64,000 bases of DNA. Source: a virus. Below are positions 57,417 to 64,000 of this stretch, piece by piece. The DNA lies in the IMG/VR virus record IMGVR_UViG_3300045988_103014, positions 77,780 through 141,779 of that record. The stretch is one strand, 5' to 3'. Position numbers and translations under genes: made by a program. The number at the start of each line of letters is the position of its first letter. Position 1 is the stretch's first letter. The notes below the pieces were generated by a model. That model was not told the DNA's origin. It did no database searches and was given only the letters and a program-made list of their open reading frames with translations.

Positions 57417-60400
57417 GACTTCATTTCCTCCTCAAAATCCTTTTTCTCTATTGCTACATACATAATTAGTTCTGCATAATATTTATCCATTGCCTCTCTC
57501 GCTTGGTCGCAGTTGCGCAACAAGTTTTGAAGTGTTGGAGTATTGTTAATAACATCGTTATCAGACAAAGAGGCGATAGATTTCTTTGCAACATTCCAAG
57601 CCGTATAAGCACTATCGTATAATTGTCTCTTTGCAGAAGCAACTGTAGCATTACCATCTGCGCCATTCTCGCAAGAGAAAATCATAACTCTTGTTTGATA
57701 TGACATTTCACACACAAGACCTTTTCCAATTGTTAAGGTCTTAATATTCAAATCAGGTCCCTCTAAAATATACTCATGGTCTTCCAAGATTACATCACCG
57801 TCACCAGTGTTGAATGAATAGAAATCATCTTGCACATAAAAGATTTCGTGAGTTAAACCATCGAGCATCTTTGTTGTTGCATAAGGATGTTCTTCATCTC
57901 CACTCATATAATATCCATGGCGGAAGTTTGCGTCTGTAAACCACTGTGTATATTTATAGTAGTCTTCATATGTATAATCAGTACGTGGAGTACATAATTG
58001 ATACAAGTAAGCTGGGTTGTACATATCTGGAGTCATCTCTAAAGTACAATCCATATCAAAGAAGTAACCAATTCTATCTCTAGTATGAGTAATGTTTTCA
58101 TTACGCTCTTCATCCCACTCTTCCCATTCTTCATGCACCTGTTTCTCAAATACTTGCTGAACATAACGAGGAGAAATTTTTACCTTAAAAATTTTAGCGA
58201 TAGAAGTTTTTACATCTTCAATACATTTAATAATATCGTGAGTATCCTCATACTTGCCATTATAAGGATTGTAAGTTGTCTTTGTTGGTGTACCAAACCA
58301 CATTTTAGTTGGATAATCATCAATGCGAGATGAAATATACAAATCGAATACATTTGCCATATCACTCTTATAACCATAAGTTACAATACCAGTAGGATGT
58401 TCTTGAACTCCATTTGGATTGTCTGCGGTTTTAGTCATTGGATTTACTAAATTAGGCTGGTCTGCTGGTAATACGATACGTTTAATACCAGTAGGAAGTT
58501 CAACATAATATGAACCACTTGCACCGATGGTGATTTGCTCATCATCTAACATAAAAATAGTTCCTGGTTTTGCTTCACGGATATCTACTGAGTAAGCGGT
58601 CTTTTTGTTAAGCAGTCCAGAAGCATAAGAAATTTTTCCTGCTAACTGAGAAATACCAATTGCCTTATCTACTGGCAACGCATTAACATAAGTACCTGCG
58701 GCACCCGTGTTACTAATAACAAGAACGCCAAGACTTGTAACATGCTTACTAATATCTAAAGGTGTCGCTACACCATTTTTGTAATAAACCGCATTGTTAA
58801 TACGACTAATCAACTCATCATTGAGCTGCATATTTACATCAAGTTCTTTATAGTTCATAATTGAGTTTGCAATCAAATCTAAATCTGCACTATGACCAGC
58901 AATATTAACTGATTGATATCTCGTTTGAACTACATCTGACTCAACTTCAACAAATCCCATTTCCATCAATGAGTCATAAGATGCGTCGGCTACTTCATAT
59001 GCCGTTGCTGAAAATGTATGCAGCATGCGGCCTAGGGTATCATTAGGCGACATTGAAACATTCAAAAGTCTAACGATAAAGTTACCTTCTGCCGGAGACT
59101 TAAATAATTTAGGTTCTCCGTTTGTAAGCCACTTTAATACTTCCATTTTGAAAGTACGCTCTGCTGTTATATTCTCAGACACTAGCTGAGTTGTTGGTAA
59201 CTCAAGTCCTAAATCATCCATTGACATAAATTGATGATTTTCGTCTCCAAGGTAAGAAATCAAACCTGAGATTGGGAATTCGTGATAGTCAATATTTCCA
59301 TTTCTAAAAATGAATGGATACTTACTTCCAATAGTATCAGTTTTTTGTTCGATAACATCACGCTTAAATGATGATACTTTTGGATTGTATTTAATTTTTA
59401 ATTGGCGCATTCCGTCGTATAGGAACGCATCTTCGAAATCAGCTGTTACCACAGGTGCTTCAATTCGGTCAGAACGAAGGCCTGCAACGTTGTACTGCTG
59501 AATTGCATATCTATACTGGACACCCTGTTCAATACTGTAATCTTTCCATAAGCGACGAGATGGTACTTGCGCTTGCAATGTGAAACTACCCATATCACGC
59601 CATGCCCAACCATCATTACTTGCGGCTCTTACAATATAAAACATACCAGTTACTTTCTTTTCAGTTTGATTATCAGATACACTATGATTGGTTAATATTA
59701 AATCGACAAAGCCTTCTTCGTAATTCAAATTAGCTGATAAAGTAACATCCATATCCGGCAAAACTGTTCCAGCTTTAATGATACGATGGCGAGCTGATTC
59801 AACAACTAAACCATTGTTTGTGGTAACTGTAAATGTTAGATAATATGATTTATTGGATTCTAGTTCATCAGGAATTACGAACGTCTCATGCGACTCTCTA
59901 CTTGAATCATCATCGTAAGTATGATGAATGATATCCCCACTGTCTGCGATTACTGCTCCACCTGCCTCTTTTAAGACAAATCTACTTGAAGCCATTTTCT
60001 CAGTAGCATCGCCACCTCTTTGGCTATAAATTCCAGTGTATGAATACAAGTGATTACTTGTTACATTAGAATTCAAGCCGGCGATTGATAGCGCCGGCTT
60101 GGTTGTGTACTTAGCAACAGCAGTTGATGAATAATAACCAACAGTTCTTGTCTCATCAACGAATGCTATCTGTACTTTATAGAATTGTCCTACTGTCAAA
60201 TTCAATTCTGAAATATTGAATGTAACATAACTATTTGGACCGATTTCATAATCGAATAATCTATCATTATTTGATGAGTCATGTAACATAACTACATCGG
60301 TCCATAATAGTGTGTTACTTTGGATAGTTTTAATTTTAATGGCAAAACCACTAATATCAGCACTACCCACAGTTTTATTTAAGGCAAAAGGAATCGTGAT

Positions 60401-60490
60401 TTTTGTCTCACGGTCTGTACTATCGACAGGATAAATTGAGTAGAAAGAAGGCACCGTTCCATCCAGATGAGGTGGATATAACTTTGCCAT
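57413..60490 (-). CDS. Large (1025 aa) tail / baseplate structural protein, possibly an extended Dit-like distal tail protein
   Basis: Beta-rich, non-helical, so not a tape-measure protein. Translationally coupled to the 1440-aa gene. Confidence 0.45.
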   Translation of the reverse strand: MAKLYPPHLDGTVPSFYSIYPVDSTDRETKITIPFALNKTVGSADISGFAIKIKTIQSNTLLWTDVVMLHDSSNNDRLFDYEIGPNSYVTFNISELNLTVGQFYKVQIAFVDETRTVGYYSSTAVAKYTTKPALSIAGLNSNVTSNHLYSYTGIYSQRGGDATEKMASSRFVLKEAGGAVIADSGDIIHHTYDDDSSRESHETFVIPDELESNKSYYLTFTVTTNNGLVVESARHRIIKAGTVLPDMDVTLSANLNYEEGFVDLILTNHSVSDNQTEKKVTGMFYIVRAASNDGWAWRDMGSFTLQAQVPSRRLWKDYSIEQGVQYRYAIQQYNVAGLRSDRIEAPVVTADFEDAFLYDGMRQLKIKYNPKVSSFKRDVIEQKTDTIGSKYPFIFRNGNIDYHEFPISGLISYLGDENHQFMSMDDLGLELPTTQLVSENITAERTFKMEVLKWLTNGEPKLFKSPAEGNFIVRLLNVSMSPNDTLGRMLHTFSATAYEVADASYDSLMEMGFVEVESDVVQTRYQSVNIAGHSADLDLIANSIMNYKELDVNMQLNDELISRINNAVYYKNGVATPLDISKHVTSLGVLVISNTGAAGTYVNALPVDKAIGISQLAGKISYASGLLNKKTAYSVDIREAKPGTIFMLDDEQITIGASGSYYVELPTGIKRIVLPADQPNLVNPMTKTADNPNGVQEHPTGIVTYGYKSDMANVFDLYISSRIDDYPTKMWFGTPTKTTYNPYNGKYEDTHDIIKCIEDVKTSIAKIFKVKISPRYVQQVFEKQVHEEWEEWDEERNENITHTRDRIGYFFDMDCTLEMTPDMYNPAYLYQLCTPRTDYTYEDYYKYTQWFTDANFRHGYYMSGDEEHPYATTKMLDGLTHEIFYVQDDFYSFNTGDGDVILEDHEYILEGPDLNIKTLTIGKGLVCEMSYQTRVMIFSCENGADGNATVASAKRQLYDSAYTAWNVAKKSIASLSDNDVINNTPTLQNLLRNCDQAREAMDKYYAELIMYVAIEKKDFEEEMKS

Positions 60491-60496
60491 TTTCTA

Positions 60497-60889
60497 TTAA
60501 GCCTCCTCTGTACCATCCTTTAACATAAACATAATAGCGTCCATCTGAGCGTTTGTAAGCTCGATGTCATCAGCAAGACTATTGATATCAACATAGTGAA
60601 CATCAATATTCTCCTCAAGGTTCATAAGTTCAGTGAACTCTTCATTAGCCTTCTGCTCATTCTCAGGCTTAACTACATAACCCTGACCATCCTCAGTCTC
60701 TTCGCCATACTTCTGAATCAACTCTACACGAGCCTTCTCAATAGCTTCAGCTGCTGACTGGAACTTTGCTGTGTTCTTCTTGATAGTAAAGCTTAACTTA
60801 ATAGGAAGCTTCTGTGTACTATCTGCTTCTGCAAAGGCTCTTAAAAGACCTTCTGCAATATTATAAATTTCAAAATTTTTGAATGTCAT
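60497..60889 (-). CDS. Small acidic protein, paralog of the upstream 159-aa gene; possible tail / fibre assembly chaperone
   Basis: 130 aa. SD AAGGAGG 9 nt before the ATG. C-terminus ...LTNAQMDAIMFMLKDGTEEA parallels ...LSTDNLQAIMFMIDDDAND of the neighbour. Confidence 0.5.
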   Translation of the reverse strand: MTFKNFEIYNIAEGLLRAFAEADSTQKLPIKLSFTIKKNTAKFQSAAEAIEKARVELIQKYGEETEDGQGYVVKPENEQKANEEFTELMNLEENIDVHYVDINSLADDIELTNAQMDAIMFMLKDGTEEA

Positions 60890-60922
60890 ATGACATATCC
60901 TCCTTTATATCTACATCTATGA

Positions 60923-61402
60923 TTAAACTACTTCGGTATGTTCACCAGTAGCTAAATCCATCTTACCAGTTTTTTCATTCTCAGTAAGCATTTTAAAAAC
61001 TTTTCGAGCATCATTAGCGTCATCATCAATCATAAACATAATTGCTTGTAAATTATCAGTAGATAAATCACAATCTAACTGCGCTAACTGCAATAGAGAT
61101 AACTCCATAATAGTTACCTCTTGTTTAATATTTTCCAAATTTTCCAACTCTTCATTGATTTTGTTAACATTCTCAGGAGAGATAGAAATCTCATTTGGAT
61201 TTTCTTCACTTGGAACTCCATATCTTTGAATAATACCATTGCGCAAATCTAAAATCTCTTTTGCTAATTTTCTAATAATATTAAAATTTTTTTGAATATA
61301 AAAATTATAAATTACAGGAACATAATCTTGTTGCCCAATAGTGTTTTTCTCGATAAGCTCATAAAGTTCTATAATTTCACCATTTGTAAAAACTCTTACC
61401 AT
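60923..61402 (-). CDS. Small acidic protein, paralog of the 130-aa gene; possible assembly chaperone
   Basis: 159 aa. SD AAGGAG 8 nt before the ATG. Confidence 0.5.
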   Translation of the reverse strand: MVRVFTNGEIIELYELIEKNTIGQQDYVPVIYNFYIQKNFNIIRKLAKEILDLRNGIIQRYGVPSEENPNEISISPENVNKINEELENLENIKQEVTIMELSLLQLAQLDCDLSTDNLQAIMFMIDDDANDARKVFKMLTENEKTGKMDLATGEHTEVV

Positions 61403-61424
61403 AAGCTTTTCTCCTTTAACTCTT

Positions 61425-64000
61425 TTAATCTATAGCTACCTGAACTGCGTGTCCACCAACGCTTGGATGTCGTCCTGTGTCAGTAGAACCAGTACTTGTA
61501 GTCGTTGAACTCTCTTCCTCTACAGGCTCTAGACCAACATAGTTAACCTTTCTATCAACCCAATGTCGTGTTGCTTTTGTTAAAGCAGTACAAGTAGTAA
61601 TGTCACCTTCATCAAAATATACATAGTTTACAACTTGTGCATCTTTACCAGCCAACCATTCACCAAGCACACCAGCTAAATTCCAATAGTGGTAATGAAT
61701 AGTATTAACAGATTGAACCACCGTTGCAGTATCAAAACTATACCAAGCATAACCAAAATTAGCACTTTTATCAACACATTGGTCATCGCCAAATTGCAAA
61801 TAGTCATGCACAATACATTTTGTAAATTCAGCTTCTGTTGCTGTTAATTTACCGTTCTTATTAAAGCTATAAGAACCGCCACTGCTTCCACCTGCTGAGA
61901 GCTTGTCGCTACTAATAGTAATACCTGCGATGTCACCAGTACCAGTAACATGTAATTTACCAGCAATCCAAGTTTCACCTGTAGATGCAGCAACCTTAAA
62001 ATTGCTACCATTTAAACTAAATCCTGAAGTACCTAGATATACTGTTGAGCCACCCCAACCTCCTGTACCATAAGTAAATGATGTTGAGTCAATCTTAAAT
62101 GGTCCAATCGTACCACCAACAGTAGCCGTTAAATTTGTACAAGTAACTGAGCCATCCCATTCAACTGTGAATTCAGCATTTTTTGTTCTATCACTATTGT
62201 TACCAATAATTTGTAAAGGTTTAGAACCTGAATCCGAGTTGATAACTATCTGACCCTTTTCAGCATTAACAGCTTTAATTGTAAATTTATAACTTGTAAT
62301 ACGACCTTGCGCCAAGTCAATTTTTGTACCAGCACCTGCAGTTGTTCCATTCTCAGGTACATAGTCTAAAGTTTGTAAATAGTAACTGCTACCAACTACC
62401 ATTAAAGGCTTATATTTCTTAGCAGTATTATCATAGCCATAAACCTTAAACAATGAACTGGTACTGCTATTGATAATAACATAACCCTTAGAACCATATG
62501 TTGTAAATTTACCATTTTGCAAATCTAAACGAGTTCCAGTTGGTTTACTATTACTACCCTCTTTTGCATTAGGATTAAAATTAGAAGACTGTAAATAATA
62601 AGCAGAAGTCTGTCCACTATCTCCAGTCAATTCAGCACTTTCTCCATCGGTATCATTTCGTGCGCTACCCTTAATCACAAATAATACATGATTAGTGGCA
62701 TCAGCCAACCTAAAGAAGGTTGCTGTACTAGTGGCAATTTCTACACGTCCACAAGTACCATATGAAGTAAATTTACCATTTTGCAAGTCTAAACGAGTAC
62801 CAACTGGCCATTTAGTAACATTGCCTGAATTATCTTTGGTCGTAGTAGAATCAAAATTAGATGACTGCAAATAATAAGATGATACTGTTGGAGTAGCATC
62901 TACACCATCTGACCCATCTGAATCAGCATTATCACTATTATCTGCTTTTTTACCACCCTTAATAATAAATAATACATTATTATCAGCATCAGCTAAACGG
63001 AAAAATGTTGTATTGCCTGTGGCAAACTGAATTCTACCATACTTGCCAAAAGAATAAAAATATCCATTTTGCAAGTCTAATCTAGTACCTTGTGGATTTT
63101 TCCCACTTGGAGTATACCCTAAACTCTGTAAATAGAATGAGGTAGGGGTAGAAACTTCATCTGTACCAGTTGGTTTATTATCTGTATCTTCTTTCTGTGC
63201 GGCGGCTACGTCCACAGAAATCTTTAACATATCTGAGTACTTAAAGTTAAAATAATTATTGATTGGAGTTGTACCATCCGCCTTTACAGGATTTGTACGT
63301 CCTTTAATTACAAACAAGTTCTTTGAATCTTTAGATGTATCAATTTCAACCTGTCCAGCTGCGCCGTACATTTTCATAGAAGAACCTGTGCTAATTTTGT
63401 TAGCCGCAGTAGGTCCGTCTAAGTCAATTTCCATACCAATACGTTGTTTGCTAATTGACCAAATACCTGAGCTAATAGTGCCATGATTACCATCAAAAAT
63501 AATCTGACCTTGACCAGATTTACCAATAAAACCTGTGCCGTCTATTTTCCAACCGAAACTTTGAATACCCTTATTAAAACCATATAAACCTAACAATGTA
63601 GAACTAGAAATGGCATCTGTAACGTCACCCATCATCACGCCTTCAAAACGATTTTCACTATCTTTCTTTCCAGCTCCAATCATTGTTGATAATATTGTAC
63701 CATTTTCTTCGTCAATTGTCAAACCGCCGTCCCAAGCGTTGAGCATTGTAGAAGAAAAAGCATCTCGTGTCATCATGATTGGTTGTGACCATACGAGAGT
63801 ACCGTTTCTTGTTGCAGTGACATAAATATCGCGGTCTGTTTTACCGTCTAATTCAGTATACATCGAAGGAACGGTGATTGTATTCGCGGCGGTTAGTCGA
63901 GGGAAGAATGTTGGCGCATGATTTTTTGCAGCCTCAACTCCAATAGGAGTTTCATCTTCAGGATTTTCCTCATTGTATGTCCAACCATCAATTACTACTG
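61425..64000 (-). CDS. Large Ser/Thr/Gly-rich tail structural protein with four to five tandem ~85-aa repeats; N-terminus lies beyond the window end
   Basis: The reading frame stays open upstream of the ORF-track Met at 63863 through nt 64000 (...IDGWTYNEENPEDETPIGVEAAKNHAPTFFPRLTAANTITVPSMYTELDGK), so the gene is 5' truncated by the window edge. Confidence 0.65.
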   Translation of the reverse strand, partial: VVIDGWTYNEENPEDETPIGVEAAKNHAPTFFPRLTAANTITVPSMYTELDGKTDRDIYVTATRNGTLVWSQPIMMTRDAFSSTMLNAWDGGLTIDEENGTILSTMIGAGKKDSENRFEGVMMGDVTDAISSSTLLGLYGFNKGIQSFGWKIDGTGFIGKSGQGQIIFDGNHGTISSGIWSISKQRIGMEIDLDGPTAANKISTGSSMKMYGAAGQVEIDTSKDSKNLFVIKGRTNPVKADGTTPINNYFNFKYSDMLKISVDVAAAQKEDTDNKPTGTDEVSTPTSFYLQSLGYTPSGKNPQGTRLDLQNGYFYSFGKYGRIQFATGNTTFFRLADADNNVLFIIKGGKKADNSDNADSDGSDGVDATPTVSSYYLQSSNFDSTTTKDNSGNVTKWPVGTRLDLQNGKFTSYGTCGRVEIATSTATFFRLADATNHVLFVIKGSARNDTDGESAELTGDSGQTSAYYLQSSNFNPNAKEGSNSKPTGTRLDLQNGKFTTYGSKGYVIINSSTSSLFKVYGYDNTAKKYKPLMVVGSSYYLQTLDYVPENGTTAGAGTKIDLAQGRITSYKFTIKAVNAEKGQIVINSDSGSKPLQIIGNNSDRTKNAEFTVEWDGSVTCTNLTATVGGTIGPFKIDSTSFTYGTGGWGGSTVYLGTSGFSLNGSNFKVAASTGETWIAGKLHVTGTGDIAGITISSDKLSAGGSSGGSYSFNKNGKLTATEAEFTKCIVHDYLQFGDDQCVDKSANFGYAWYSFDTATVVQSVNTIHYHYWNLAGVLGEWLAGKDAQVVNYVYFDEGDITTCTALTKATRHWVDRKVNYVGLEPVEEESSTTTSTGSTDTGRHPSVGGHAVQVAID
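62276..63386 (-). repeat. Tandem approx. 72-93-aa protein repeats (YYLQSSNF...GTRLDLQNGKFTSYG..GRVEIATSTATFFRLADATNHVLFVIKG)
   Basis: Four clear copies (aa about 243-530) plus a degenerate fifth (about 170-212) in the partial gene at 61425-64000. Confidence 0.65.

Noticed and set aside
57413-61402. Interpreting the 130/159-aa pair plus the 1025-aa gene as the TAC(G/GT)-tape-measure trio of a siphovirus
   Set aside because: The 1025-aa protein is beta-rich and non-helical, unlike tape-measure proteins. The two small genes are separate paralogs rather than a frameshift pair.
1-64000. tRNA genes, CRISPR arrays, integrase or repressor genes, IS elements
   Set aside because: No tRNA-like cloverleaf-sized intergenic segments exist: the intergenic gaps are short and occupied by promoters and terminators. 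There are no direct-repeat/spacer arrays. No tyrosine or serine recombinase or CI-like motifs were seen in any ORF. Lifestyle therefore cannot be decided from this window.

Overview
The window is part of an AT-rich dsDNA phage genome with Firmicutes-type codon usage and GGAGG-type Shine-Dalgarno sites. No integrase, repressor, tRNA, CRISPR array or IS element was seen. The window contains two convergent modules. (1) Nt 1-24432, plus strand: an early DNA-metabolism and replication module, with the following genes in order: a GIY-YIG homing-endonuclease fragment cut by the window edge, a divergent ThyX-fold protein, a wHTH regulator, an SSB-like protein, a Sak4-type RecA-like ATPase, a double zinc-ribbon protein, DnaB helicase, a DnaG-like primase, a RecJ-like DHH exonuclease, two paralogous secreted lysozyme-like proteins, a Dda/RecD-like SF1 helicase, a DnaE-type Pol III alpha with a PHP domain, a guanylate-kinase-like NMP kinase, anaerobic RNR NrdD plus its activase NrdG, dUTPase and a RuvC-like resolvase. 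The operons are driven by a recurring extended -10 promoter (TTGAAA/TTGATT-N17-TGnTATAAT, five copies) and punctuated by hairpin terminators. (2) Nt 24475-64000, minus strand: a late module made almost entirely of very large tail-fibre / receptor-binding / baseplate-like proteins of 1025, 1440, 1826, 2475 and 1939 aa plus smaller ones. Four of them share a HylP-like N-terminal anchor motif. They are organised in at least five terminator-delimited transcription units and followed by an LL-H-like holin with no recognisable endolysin. A separately transcribed five-gene cassette of small proteins of unknown function follows the holin. The two modules meet at a bidirectional terminator at 24444-24480. 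The last minus-strand gene runs off the window at nt 64000; capsid, portal and terminase genes are outside the window. All family assignments are from motif recognition by eye and need HMM or BLAST confirmation.
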